Source: an uncultured Collinsella sp. (GTDB lineage: Bacteria; Actinomycetota; Coriobacteriia; Coriobacteriales; Coriobacteriaceae). Taken from it: a stretch of 64,000 nt of DNA. The notes beneath the pieces were generated by a model. The model saw only the letters and a list, made by a program, of their open reading frames with translations, was not told the DNA's origin and searched no databases. The DNA is taken from contig UQMK01000001.1 of the NCBI GenBank assembly GCA_900542085.1, forward strand, positions 31,707-95,706, in the 5' to 3' direction. The position numbers and the translations under genes are program-made. Positions within the stretch are counted from its first letter, which is position 1, and the number at the start of each line of letters is the position of its first letter. Shown one piece after another: positions 30,313-41,027 of the stretch.

Positions 30313-31287
30313 ATGGCAATTAAGAAGCTGATCCTTGATCTGGATATGGGTGTGGACGATGCGATGGCGCTTGCCTATGCCATCGCGAGCCCCGAGGTGG
30401 AGCTCGTCGGCATTACCACGTGCTTTGGCAACGTGCGCGTCGACCAGTCGGCGCATAACTGCTTGGCGGTGCTCGACCTGTTGGGTCGTCCCGAGGTGCC
30501 GGTGTACCTGGGTGCCGACCGTCCTCTGCAGGCGACTGAGCCCTATACGCCGCCGGCGTCCACCGCGCTCATTCACGGCAAGAACGGCATCGGCGGCGCG
30601 AGCGTGCCGGCGTCGCCCTACGAGCCGGTGGGGGCGACGTCTGCCGACGGTAACGCTGCGGTCGATTATCTGATCGATGCCGCGCGCACCTATGGTCCCG
30701 ATCTGGTCTACGTAGCGACCGGCCCGCTCTCCAACCTGGCGCTTGCCCTGGAGCGCGATGCGGCAGCGGTGATGTCTATCGGCCGCGTGGTGGTTATGGG
30801 CGGCGCCCTGACCGTGCCCGGCAACGTGAGCGCGGGCGCCGAGGCCAACATGGCAAGTGATCCCGAGGCGGCCGACGCCGTGCTGCGTTCGGGCCGCAAG
30901 CTCACTATGGTGGGTTTGGATGTGACGCATCGCGTGGTGCTCACGCGTCGCGACATTGCCGGCTGGACGGGCTCGGGCACCATGGCCGGTTGCGCGTTTG
31001 CGAGCATGGTGGAGCACTATATTGGCTCGTACGAGATGAACGCCCCCTACCTTGGTGGCTGCGCGCTGCACGATCCGCTTGCCGTCGCCGTGGCGATTGA
31101 CCCCACGCTCGTGGGCGCGCTCGGCTGTAACCTGCGCGTCGACCTGCTCGGCGAGTATCGCGGCCGCACCATCTGCGATGAGCGCCGTGTGGCCGACCCC
31201 GACAAGAGCGCACTCGTGGCGCTGACTGTTGACGCTCCGCGCTTCCTGTCCGAGTTCAAGACGCGCATGGCCCGTGTCCTTGGCTAA
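30313..31287 (+). CDS. Inosine-uridine preferring nucleoside hydrolase
   Basis: The N-terminal DLDMGVDDAMALAYA motif is the IU-NH signature (DxDxxxDD). Confidence 0.85.
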   Translation: MAIKKLILDLDMGVDDAMALAYAIASPEVELVGITTCFGNVRVDQSAHNCLAVLDLLGRPEVPVYLGADRPLQATEPYTPPASTALIHGKNGIGGASVPASPYEPVGATSADGNAAVDYLIDAARTYGPDLVYVATGPLSNLALALERDAAAVMSIGRVVVMGGALTVPGNVSAGAEANMASDPEAADAVLRSGRKLTMVGLDVTHRVVLTRRDIAGWTGSGTMAGCAFASMVEHYIGSYEMNAPYLGGCALHDPLAVAVAIDPTLVGALGCNLRVDLLGEYRGRTICDERRVADPDKSALVALTVDAPRFLSEFKTRMARVLG

Positions 31288-31390
31288 GTTGTCTTTTTGG
31301 ATGGGGCTTTTTTTGACTGGTATGATTGGTGCGACCATTCGAACCAGCTAAAAGAGCCCCGTCCCAAATTGACTATCGAGAGGATCTGCT

Positions 31391-31879
31391 ATGGAGCGCA
31401 TCGCGAGCTTTTCCGTTGACCATCTGCTGCTTGAGCCCGGCGTGTATGTGAGCCGCATCGACCGCGATCCGGCGACCGGCGCCGCCGTCACCACCTTTGA
31501 CCTGCGCCTGACCACGCCCAACAAGGAGCCGGTCATGAACACGGCAGAGTGCCACACCATCGAGCACCTGGGCGCGACGTTCCTTCGCAACCATGCCGAG
31601 TGGTCGAGCCGCATTGTCTACTTTGGCCCCATGGGCTGCCGCACGGGCTTTTACCTCGTCGTTTTTGGTGAGCTGACGAGCGAGGAGATTCTGCCGCTCG
31701 TGCGTGAGCTGTTCGAGTTTGTCGCCGGCTTTGAGGGCGATGTCCCCGGCGCCGCTCCCGAGGAGTGCGGTAACTACCTGGACCAGAACCTCCCCATGGC
31801 AAACTGGCTCGCGCGCCGTTACCTCGACCGTGACCTGGCCGATATCGATGAGAAGCACTTGCACTATCAGCAGGCGTAA
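31391..31879 (+). CDS. luxS: S-ribosylhomocysteine lyase (AI-2 synthase)
   Basis: It has the HTIEHL metal-binding motif and full-length LuxS similarity. Confidence 0.9.
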   Translation: MERIASFSVDHLLLEPGVYVSRIDRDPATGAAVTTFDLRLTTPNKEPVMNTAECHTIEHLGATFLRNHAEWSSRIVYFGPMGCRTGFYLVVFGELTSEEILPLVRELFEFVAGFEGDVPGAAPEECGNYLDQNLPMANWLARRYLDRDLADIDEKHLHYQQA

Positions 31880-32023
31880 GGGCTTTGCCGCTCAAGACGT
31901 GCGCAACGGGCGCCTTCGCTTATGCGGGGGCGCCTTTTTGTTGAGTGGTCGGGACGAGCGTTCAAAATCGCTCATGTTTGTTCTAGAATGTTCATACTGT
32001 CACATAAACGAACAGGAGTGAAC

Positions 32024-32668
32024 ATGCATATCTATTCTGTCGAGGATTCCGAGTTCAAATCCTATGGCAACGTTTGGGATGACGTTCCGTCCGAGCTCAC
32101 GTCGTCCATGCTCGAGGCGCTCTCCGCTACGCCCATCCCCGAGGGCAGTAAGTACGTGGCCTCCGCGCCCGAGCTCGAGCAGGTTGAGGGTGCCGACACG
32201 CTCGGCTTTCTCATGTTTGGCGGTCGTCCCTTCCAGTTGGGCTGGTGCAACGGCCACAATACACGACTCAACTGCCTGGAGTATCACCGCGCCAGCGAGT
32301 TCAACCTGGGTGCACGCGACTTTATCCTGCTCGTGGCACATCGTTGGGAGATCGAGGGCGGCAAGCTCGATACCGCGTGCGTCAAGGCGTTCCGCGTGCC
32401 GGCGGGTACGGTCGTCGAAGTCTTCAACACCACGCTCCACTACACGCCCTGCATGGTCGATGACGGCGGCTTCCAGGTGATGGTGGCGCTGCCCGCCGGC
32501 ACCAATGGACCGCGCCCCGAGGCTGCGGCCGACATGCCCGCGGCCGGTGACAGCTACTGCTACTGGAAGGCCGACAAGTGGGTCCTCTGCCATGCTGACA
32601 GCCCCAAAGCTGCCGAGGGTGGCTACGTAGGTCTCATTGGCAAGAACCTCGACATCACCGTGGACTAG
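32024..32668 (+). CDS. Hypothetical protein (DUF4867-like)
   Basis: The ORF has an AGGAGTG RBS. The family assignment is tentative. Confidence 0.45.
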   Translation: MHIYSVEDSEFKSYGNVWDDVPSELTSSMLEALSATPIPEGSKYVASAPELEQVEGADTLGFLMFGGRPFQLGWCNGHNTRLNCLEYHRASEFNLGARDFILLVAHRWEIEGGKLDTACVKAFRVPAGTVVEVFNTTLHYTPCMVDDGGFQVMVALPAGTNGPRPEAAADMPAAGDSYCYWKADKWVLCHADSPKAAEGGYVGLIGKNLDITVD

Positions 32669-32675
32669 AATCTTC

Positions 32676-32818
32676 TGTCTCGATCTGTAACATCTAGCGG
32701 GCTAAATCGTCTCTACCTGTTACAGATTTAGACAAACTGCAGGGGACAGGCCGAACAATCTCAATCTGTAACGCCAGGCCCGGTTTTGGCGGCCTAGCTG
32801 TTACAGATCGAGACAAAC
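32676..32818. promoter_or_regulatory. Array of four ~17-bp TGTCTCGATCTGTAACA-like motifs in alternating orientation (operator-like) upstream of the GH1 glucosidase gene
   Basis: Copies lie at 32676-32692 (forward), 32718-32736 (reverse), 32756-32775 (forward, degenerate) and 32798-32818 (reverse). The core ATCTGTAACA/TGTTACAGAT is palindromic. Confidence 0.5.
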
Positions 32819-33009
32819 GGGCCCAAACCATCACAAAGGTGTCTGTCCCCTTTGTGGCAGCTTGGGCAGGCGGGTATCAAAAAGTGTCAGACGGGACGGT
32901 TGCCGGGCACCTGTGCGCGAAAAGAAGTATCGGCCTGCCCCGTTGTCGTTGAGCGACGCGTTGTTTGCAGGGATACTGAGCCTATGACAACAGCGTGCGA
33001 AAGGATTGA

Positions 33010-34443
<1,434 letters not shown>

Positions 34444-34603
34444 GGGCACTGAGGCGCTCAACCTTGGGGCTCCAACCCTCCTCGCGTACCTAAGTACGCT
34501 TCGTCGGGCTTGTCGCTCCCAATCTTGAGCACCTCAGGCCCTTAGGGGGGCGGGCCTGACCGCTGTGAATTTCGCGTGCTCATCCTCATAGCCTCCTAAC
34601 CAA

Positions 34604-34638
34604 GGCGCCCGGCGAGCAGTTAATGCTCACCGGGCGCC
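34604..34638. other. Strong inverted repeat GGCGCCCGGCGAGCAG-TTAA-TGCTCACCGGGCGCC (hairpin, no T-tract)
   Basis: It is a 15-bp stem with one G·U pair, between bglA and the downstream sensor gene. Confidence 0.4.
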
Positions 34639-34791
34639 TTGCCGTCTGCGGATTTTGGGACATGCGGCCCGCTTTTTCGACCCATCTGTCGGTACACTAA
34701 AGGCACTATGGGTACCCGCGAGCGACATATCGGCCACGCGGCCGCCCGGACCGCGCCGGTTGCGGATCCCAGGGGCGGCAGGTTGTTCGCT

Positions 34792-36591
34792 ATGCCGCGA
34801 TTCCTAGTTGGTATAACGCACCGTGCATATCGCCATCGCGTCTTTGCTATCGCCGGTGTCACCACCGCGCTGTTCCTTATACTTTTGGTGGTCTTGCCGG
34901 CGTTGTTCGCCTCCGATTCCAAGCTTTCCAATGCCGTGCCCGCCTATAGCGAGGTGTCCGAAGAGGTCGTGGATGCGCTCGTCCACTCGAGCTCTCTCCC
35001 GCTGCTTGTCGCCGCAATTATATTTTCAATCTGGGGCGTATCGGTCTATCTGCGCTGTTTGGACTATGTGTTGCGCCGCCGCCTTGTTGCCATCGCCACC
35101 ATCTGCGCCCTGTGGATGATCGAAGTCATTCTCAAGTACAAGTCGTTCACGCCGTTCTATGCCACCGTGCTGTGGTACCTGTACTACGTGCCCATGACGC
35201 TCATTCCGCTGCTCTATCAGTTATGTGGTCTGCGCCTTGCGGGCCTGGAGCAACACCGTCTGGGTCGCCGCTACTGCGCTGCGCTGTGGATTGTGGCCAT
35301 CCTGCTTATCGGATTTGTGCTCACCAACGATTTTCACCAGCAGGTCTTTCTCTTTGACCGCACAATCGACACCTGGAGCAACGATTACACGTACGGCTGG
35401 GGTTATTTCGCCGTCCTCGTGTGGACGGCCTTTGACTTCGTGGCCTTTTTTATCCTGGTGGGCCGGTCCTCGTCCTTTCGCATCCAGCGTTTCTCGGGCA
35501 CGGCGGCGCTCGTGCTGCTGGGCGGCGCATTCTTTGCCATCTCGTATGCGTTGCGCGTGCCTTGGGCATGGAGGCTCAACTTTTCGCTCGTCTATTGTGT
35601 CCTGTGCGTGGTGGCGATGGAAATCTGTCTCGATTGTGGTGTCATTCCGTCGTATCACGACATCGCCGGCATCTTCGACACCTTGCCGCTTGACCTCAAA
35701 GTTCTAACGCGCGACCTGCAGGAAGTCTATGCCACGCCAGTTTCAAAGCCAATGCCGGTAGGCGTGCGCGAGGAGTTGCGGACCCAGGAGCACGGCCGCG
35801 CCCACGCCTTTGCCGTGGCGTCCGATCCCGATGTGATGTACCGCGCCTTTCCACTGCTGGGCGGATCGGCCCTGCTTGCCCAAGACGTGTCGGAGCTCAA
35901 TGAGCTTAACCGTGAACTGGCACATCGTCGCATGGAGCTGCAGCGTCAAAACGAGCTACTCGCCGCCGACTACGACCTTAAGACGCATTTGGCAGACCAA
36001 GAGGCCGAGACCTTGCTGGTCCAAGACGTAGACCAGGCGCTTGCCCGCGCGTTCGAAGGGATGTACGACCTGCTGAGCTCGCTGCCGCCGTTGACCGACG
36101 AAGCGTCTTCGCGCGAGCGTTACCGCATGCTGCAGCGCGCCAAGATGCTCGTCGCCTATTGCAAACGCAAGGGGTCGCTCACGTTGGCACAGCACGGGGA
36201 GAGCGGTTTTGATCGCGACCGCATTCAGCTCATTGCCAACGAGCTCGCAAGCGACCTGCGCACCATCGATATCGATTGCGCCTCGATTATCGCCATACGG
36301 CGCCCGATGCACGCCAGTACGGTAAGCGCCCTGTACGACTGTGTGTATGACTTTGCGTTTTTTGCCTACACCACCGACCATCCGGCGCTTATGTATCACT
36401 TGGGCGACCATGACCGATGCAGTGTCGAGCTGCGCGCCACGCTTTTTTCCAACGATGATGCAGATCTTTCGCAGACGTCCGCTGCGCAAGAGCTCGAAAG
36501 CGCTCTGCAAGGGCGCAACGTGGCATACCGCCTTGAGGGTGAGCCCGGCCAGCTGCGCATGATCGTCTTGATGCCGAGAGCGGGTGAGTGA
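34792..36591 (+). CDS. Polytopic membrane sensor-like protein with cytoplasmic C-terminal domain, first gene of sensor–kinase–regulator module
   Basis: It has about 7-8 TM helices followed by a ~300-aa soluble domain. The start is uncertain (ATG 34792 or 34708; the ORF is open from 34639). Its stop overlaps the start of the following HK. Confidence 0.55.
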   Translation: MPRFLVGITHRAYRHRVFAIAGVTTALFLILLVVLPALFASDSKLSNAVPAYSEVSEEVVDALVHSSSLPLLVAAIIFSIWGVSVYLRCLDYVLRRRLVAIATICALWMIEVILKYKSFTPFYATVLWYLYYVPMTLIPLLYQLCGLRLAGLEQHRLGRRYCAALWIVAILLIGFVLTNDFHQQVFLFDRTIDTWSNDYTYGWGYFAVLVWTAFDFVAFFILVGRSSSFRIQRFSGTAALVLLGGAFFAISYALRVPWAWRLNFSLVYCVLCVVAMEICLDCGVIPSYHDIAGIFDTLPLDLKVLTRDLQEVYATPVSKPMPVGVREELRTQEHGRAHAFAVASDPDVMYRAFPLLGGSALLAQDVSELNELNRELAHRRMELQRQNELLAADYDLKTHLADQEAETLLVQDVDQALARAFEGMYDLLSSLPPLTDEASSRERYRMLQRAKMLVAYCKRKGSLTLAQHGESGFDRDRIQLIANELASDLRTIDIDCASIIAIRRPMHASTVSALYDCVYDFAFFAYTTDHPALMYHLGDHDRCSVELRATLFSNDDADLSQTSAAQELESALQGRNVAYRLEGEPGQLRMIVLMPRAGE

Positions 36592-38087
36592 CGATGCAGA
36601 TTTCGCTCATTCTTCCCCAAATTGTTGCGCTCGATGTTGTCTTTGCCCTGGCTGCGTGTCTGCAGACGATTCACGTCCCGCTCATCGCATCGCGCCGCTC
36701 GTCCTATAACCGTAAGGTGATTTGCGCCTACGAGGCGAGTCTTGTGCTTCACCTGATGATTTCGGCGCTCATCTTATTCGCGTCGTCTGGCTCGTATCTG
36801 GTGGCGCCGCTTGACGTTTGCGCCAGGGCAATGGGCGGAGCGTTGTGGCTCAATGCCGCGATCTTTGCCTATGGCGTGGCACTTATGGTGCGCTATCGTC
36901 GCCCCGTCATGCTGGTCGAGCTGCTGCTTGTTGTCGCCGTTACACCGCCGGTGGTTTTTGCCATGGGCTCGGCGTGGGCCGTTGTCCTTATCGCAGAGGG
37001 AGCGTTCTTCCTGTTCCGTTCCATCGCGGCGCTCTTGATGGACGTCCGTAACCGCCAGGAGGATATCACCGCGTTCTCGACGATCGAGACCATCAACGTG
37101 ATTCCCGTGGGCATCCTGTATCTGGACCCGAGGGGCCGTCCGCTGCTCATGAACCGCTGCATGCGCAAAAACCTGGTGGAACTTCATATGCCTACCGATC
37201 TGTGTGACATGAGCAGCACATGGAACGACCTGCGCAAACTTAGCATGCAAATGCCCGAAAGCAGTAGGAACCGTGTGCGGATTAACTTGGACCGTTTTGG
37301 TGAGGCTCGCGCGGTGATCGAGATTTCTCCCGCCGAGATTCGCCTATTTGTGCACGACGAGGTTATGGTTTCGGGCCGCCTCTTTGAGCGCATTATCGGA
37401 CTGGACGTGACGGAGTATGCGCATGCCCACGACCGCCTGGCGCAAGCCAATCACCTGCTTGAGCTTGCGGGTAAAGAACTCCAGGCCCAGATCGAAGAAG
37501 TCAAAAAGGTTGCCGACAATGCGGCCTACCTACGTATGCGTGCCCGCGTTCACGATGTAATCGGGCAGCGTCTGTCCATTCTTCATCGCTATTTGGAGGA
37601 GGGGCGTCTGGACGATGAGTCGCTCGAGCAGATTGACCCGTTGCTACGCTCAATTGCCGCCGATTTGCGTAGTGACGGTGCCAGCGAGCCTGCAGAGCAG
37701 CTGGGTGATATCGTCCATGCTTTTGGCCTGGTGAGTGTGCAGATCGATGTTGAGGGCGCGCTGCCCGAGGACGCGCGTGTCGCGGCGACCTTTTTGCAGA
37801 TTATCCGCGAGGCCTCGACCAACGCCACCAAGCACGCGCAGGCCCACCAGGTCCATGTGCACCTGTGGCAGGAGGAGTCGAACGGATGCGACATCGCGCG
37901 CATGACCATCTCTAACGACGGCTCCCCGGCCCCCGTATCGTATCGCGAGGGAACGGGTATCCCAGGTATGAGGCATGTCGCGCAAAATCTGGGTGGCAGC
38001 CTAGAGGTCCACGCCGCCCCGCCCTTTACGCTTACGGTATCCATTCCGCTTAACGCCAACGACACGTCCCAAAGGAGAAGCTCATGA
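36588..38087 (+). CDS. Sensor histidine kinase, HisKA_3 type with 5-TM N-terminal domain
   Basis: It has an H-box region (VHDVIGQRLSILHRYL) and an HATPase_c (…GTGIPGMRHVAQNLGGSLEVH). There is a GTG start at 36588, or an ATG at 36594. Confidence 0.85.
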   Translation: MTMQISLILPQIVALDVVFALAACLQTIHVPLIASRRSSYNRKVICAYEASLVLHLMISALILFASSGSYLVAPLDVCARAMGGALWLNAAIFAYGVALMVRYRRPVMLVELLLVVAVTPPVVFAMGSAWAVVLIAEGAFFLFRSIAALLMDVRNRQEDITAFSTIETINVIPVGILYLDPRGRPLLMNRCMRKNLVELHMPTDLCDMSSTWNDLRKLSMQMPESSRNRVRINLDRFGEARAVIEISPAEIRLFVHDEVMVSGRLFERIIGLDVTEYAHAHDRLAQANHLLELAGKELQAQIEEVKKVADNAAYLRMRARVHDVIGQRLSILHRYLEEGRLDDESLEQIDPLLRSIAADLRSDGASEPAEQLGDIVHAFGLVSVQIDVEGALPEDARVAATFLQIIREASTNATKHAQAHQVHVHLWQEESNGCDIARMTISNDGSPAPVSYREGTGIPGMRHVAQNLGGSLEVHAAPPFTLTVSIPLNANDTSQRRSS

Positions 38088-38704
38088 TTCGCGTGCTAAT
38101 CGTCGAAGACCAGGCCATTCTGCGCGAAAGTCTGGCGCGCTCCGTTGGCGACCAGCCCGATATGACCGTTGTTTCCGCCATCGCCGATGCCTCCGAGGCC
38201 TTGGGTGTCGCGCTCAGGGAGCGCCCGGACATGATACTGATGGACGTATGCACCGAACATGATTCCAACGGCATCGTGGCGGCGGCGCGCATCAAGGAGC
38301 AGCTGCCCGAGTGTCGCATCATTATCATGACCGGCATGCCCGAGATCACCTTTGTCGATCAGGCCCGCGAGGCGGGCGTCGATAGCTTTGTGTACAAGAA
38401 CGTCGGTATCGACGAGCTGTTCGCCGTGATGCGCTCTACGCTGGCGGGCTATTGCACGTTTCCCAAGCCGCCCGAGAGCATTTTTTCGGGTACGGCGGCA
38501 CTCGACGATGTCGAGCTGTCGATTTTGCGCCTTGCCTGCGAGGGCAAGAGCCGTCGCGAGATTGCGGCCGAGCTGTTTATGAGTGAGGGCACCATCAAGC
38601 GTCGCATCTCGGAGATCCTAAGCAAGACCGGCTACGACAACATCATGCGCCTTGCCGTGCATGCGGTGACCGAGGGCAGCATCGTTCCCAACATGGAGCG
38701 CTAG
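38084..38704 (+). CDS. LuxR/NarL-family response regulator
   Basis: It has a REC domain and a C-terminal LuxR HTH (LSILRLACEGKSRREIAAELFMSEGTIKRRISEIL). Its start overlaps the HK stop (ATGA). Confidence 0.9.
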   Translation: MIRVLIVEDQAILRESLARSVGDQPDMTVVSAIADASEALGVALRERPDMILMDVCTEHDSNGIVAAARIKEQLPECRIIIMTGMPEITFVDQAREAGVDSFVYKNVGIDELFAVMRSTLAGYCTFPKPPESIFSGTAALDDVELSILRLACEGKSRREIAAELFMSEGTIKRRISEILSKTGYDNIMRLAVHAVTEGSIVPNMER

Positions 38705-38730
38705 CGCTCGTTACGCATCGGCATAAAGCG

Positions 38731-38763
38731 GCGGGGCCGCAGGATTATCTCCTGCGGCCCCGC
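38731..38763. terminator. GC-rich bidirectional hairpin (GCGGGGCCGCAGG/CCTGCGGCCCCGC) between convergent genes
   Basis: It is a perfect 13-bp stem with a 7-nt loop. Confidence 0.5.
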
Positions 38764-38814
38764 CTGACATGTGCGCGGATGTGTCCGCCAATCCGCGGCT
38801 GATGTTACGTGCCG

Positions 38815-39657
38815 TTACGCGATGGTTGCGCTGTAGGAGGCGACGTCCTCGTAGGAATCGGTCAGGTAGGCGTCGATGCCGATGGTCGTATTGACGAGGT
38901 CGTCAAGGCTATCGAGCGTGCCGTTCGAGAACGTGAATTCCTCGGTGGCGTTGGTGCCGGGCATCAGGTGAGCCGAGAACCAGGGTTCCTTCATGGTGCC
39001 GTTGACGTTGGTCTTGCCGGAAGGAGCGTAGAAGGTCAGGTCCTTGTCGCTCTTGTTGGTGATGTTGACGACAAAGCCGATGTCGCCCCAGTCGTCCTTG
39101 AACTTCTCGGTGATGGTGATGGTGCACAGGTCGTCATCGGCGACGGTGACGGCGGGGGAGATTTCGATGCTCTGGACGTCGTCGTCTTCGACGGCCTCAT
39201 CGATCTCTTCTTCCTTCTCGGCGTTCTCGCGATCCTTCTTCACCGTACCGGACAGATCCTTGTCGGACTTCGTAAAGATAAGCTTGTCGCCGTCCACCTC
39301 CAGGACGAGCTTGTCGTCCTTGAGCTTCAGGTCGTGCGACTCATCTTCGGCGGTAATCGTTACGGTGGTGGCGTCCTTGGCCTCCCATTTCAGGTCGGCG
39401 ACCTCAAGGAACATGTCGAGGACGCCCGTGCCGTCTTCGTCGAGGATCAGGATACAGTTGAGGCCCCACTCCTTGAGCATCTTCATGTACTCATCGGTGA
39501 GCTCTTCGCCGTCCAAGGTTCCACCCGAGTACTGCCAGCTGCCGACGAAGTTGGCCTTGGGGTCTTTGCCGCCGCCGCTGCAGCCCGTCAGGGCAAAGGC
39601 GAGCGCCAAGATACATGTCAGGAATGCGAGCGCGGACTTTTTGAACGTTGTCTTCAT
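38815..39657 (-). CDS. Lipoprotein, acidic, unknown function
   Basis: MKTTFKKSALAFLTCILALAFALTGCSGG is a lipobox signal. A GGAGGA RBS lies upstream. AT-richer codon usage than neighbours is the author's impression and was not quantified. Confidence 0.7.
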   Translation of the reverse strand: MKTTFKKSALAFLTCILALAFALTGCSGGGKDPKANFVGSWQYSGGTLDGEELTDEYMKMLKEWGLNCILILDEDGTGVLDMFLEVADLKWEAKDATTVTITAEDESHDLKLKDDKLVLEVDGDKLIFTKSDKDLSGTVKKDRENAEKEEEIDEAVEDDDVQSIEISPAVTVADDDLCTITITEKFKDDWGDIGFVVNITNKSDKDLTFYAPSGKTNVNGTMKEPWFSAHLMPGTNATEEFTFSNGTLDSLDDLVNTTIGIDAYLTDSYEDVASYSATIA

Positions 39658-39737
39658 GGTGTCCTCCTTTATCGAACGAAACCCATAGAAGCAAATGCGG
39701 GGGTGGCGGATCCCCCGCCAATTACCAGATAGAGGGG

Positions 39738-40979
39738 TTAGGGCCTGGGCGTTCCGCAGTTGCTGCAGAACTTGCCGCCGTTTTCGCTGCCGCAGTTGGG
39801 GCAGAACCACTTGGCCGGTGCCGGGGCGGGTGCGGGGCTGCCGCACTCGGAGCAGAACTTGCCGGTGTTGGTGGCGCCGCAGCTGCAGGTCCATGCGCCG
39901 GCCACAGGTGCGGCAGCGGGTGCCGGTGCGGGGGCGGGAGCCGGAGACGGCTGCGGGGCAGCCTGCTGCTGTGCCTGGCCGGCGGCAAACAGCTGGCTAG
40001 CGTTCATGCCGCCCATGCCACCTGCCATGCCCATGCCCATAAAGCCTGCCATCGCGCCGTTGGGGTTGGCCGCTGCCGCGCGCATCGCGTCGCTCTGGGC
40101 GCTGGCGATGTTGGCGGCCGCCATGGTGGGATCGCGCATGACTGCGGCCTTCTGCAGGTCCTTGATCATCTGCTCGTCTTCTTGCGAGGCGGCGATGGAG
40201 TTGACGCCAAAGCTCACGATCTCGACGCCACGTAGGTCGCGCCAGTCGGCCGAGAGGACCTCGTTGAGCGCGCGGGCGAGCTCGGTGGTGTGACCGGGGA
40301 TGGCGCTGTAGCGAATGCCCATTTCCGAGATCTTGGCAAAGGCGGGCTGCAGAGCGGTGAGCAGCTCGGACTTAAGCTGGCTGTCGATCTTATCGCGCGT
40401 GTAGCTATCGGTCACGTTGCCGCACACGTTGGTGTAGAACAGCAGCGGGTTGGTGATGCGGTACGAATACTCGCCGTTGCAGCGCACGGAGATGTCGACG
40501 TCCAGGCCAATGTTGTTATCGACCACGCGGAAGGGCACAGGCGAGGCGGTGCCGTACTTGTTGCCGATGATCTCCTTGGTGTTGATGAAGTAGACGCGCT
40601 GGTCTTTGCCCGCGTCGCCGCCAAAGGTAAAGCGGCTGCCGATATTGGCGAACGTCTCCTTGATGGAGTCGCCCAGGTTGCCGCTAAAGACGCTCGGCTC
40701 GCTGCCGGTGTCAAAGACAAACTCACCGGGCTCCAGCGCGACCTCGATGATCTTGCCGTTTTGCACCACGAGCATGCCCTGGCCGTCGTTGACGGCGATG
40801 ACGGAGCCGTTGGAGATGACGTTGTCCTCGCCGCGCGTGTTGGAGCTGCGGCCGCCGGTGCGCTTGCTGCCCTTGCAGGCCAAGACGTCAGCGGGCATCG
40901 ATTCGCAATAGATAAATTCCTTCCACTGGTCGGCCATGACGCCGCCGGCAGCGCCCAATCCAGCTTTCAAGAGTCCCAT
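39738..40979 (-). CDS. SPFH/band-7 (YdjI-like) protein fused to two C-terminal zinc ribbons, with Gly/Met/Ala- and Pro/Ala-rich linker
   Basis: It has an SPFH-like core and a C-terminal CSCGATNTGKFCSECG…CPNCGSENGGKFCSNCG. Confidence 0.65.
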   Translation of the reverse strand: MGLLKAGLGAAGGVMADQWKEFIYCESMPADVLACKGSKRTGGRSSNTRGEDNVISNGSVIAVNDGQGMLVVQNGKIIEVALEPGEFVFDTGSEPSVFSGNLGDSIKETFANIGSRFTFGGDAGKDQRVYFINTKEIIGNKYGTASPVPFRVVDNNIGLDVDISVRCNGEYSYRITNPLLFYTNVCGNVTDSYTRDKIDSQLKSELLTALQPAFAKISEMGIRYSAIPGHTTELARALNEVLSADWRDLRGVEIVSFGVNSIAASQEDEQMIKDLQKAAVMRDPTMAAANIASAQSDAMRAAAANPNGAMAGFMGMGMAGGMGGMNASQLFAAGQAQQQAAPQPSPAPAPAPAPAAAPVAGAWTCSCGATNTGKFCSECGSPAPAPAPAKWFCPNCGSENGGKFCSNCGTPRP

Positions 40980-41027
40980 GGTGATCTTCCTTTCTCGTCA
41001 AAGGCCGGGTGGTATTGGTCAGAATGG

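Noticed and set aside
31288-31390. Possible terminator or attenuator between the nucleoside hydrolase gene and luxS (GGGGCTTTTTTTGAC, CTGGT…CCAG)
   Set aside because: The stems are only 4–5 bp. The T-tract follows no convincing hairpin.
34620-34931. 103-aa minus-strand ORF upstream of the sensor-like gene
   Set aside because: It overlaps the hairpin at 34604-34638 and the probable promoter and 5' region of the plus-strand gene. It has no RBS and no homology.
36588-36594. ORF-track start codons translated as M at GTG/TTG (for example 36588 GTG, 12090 TTG, 17527 TTG, 23662 GTG)
   Set aside because: These are not errors, but several are unlikely true starts. Downstream ATGs with better RBS spacing were preferred (12105, 17545, 7575, 9697). 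GTG was retained only where an RBS supports it (23662, 36588).
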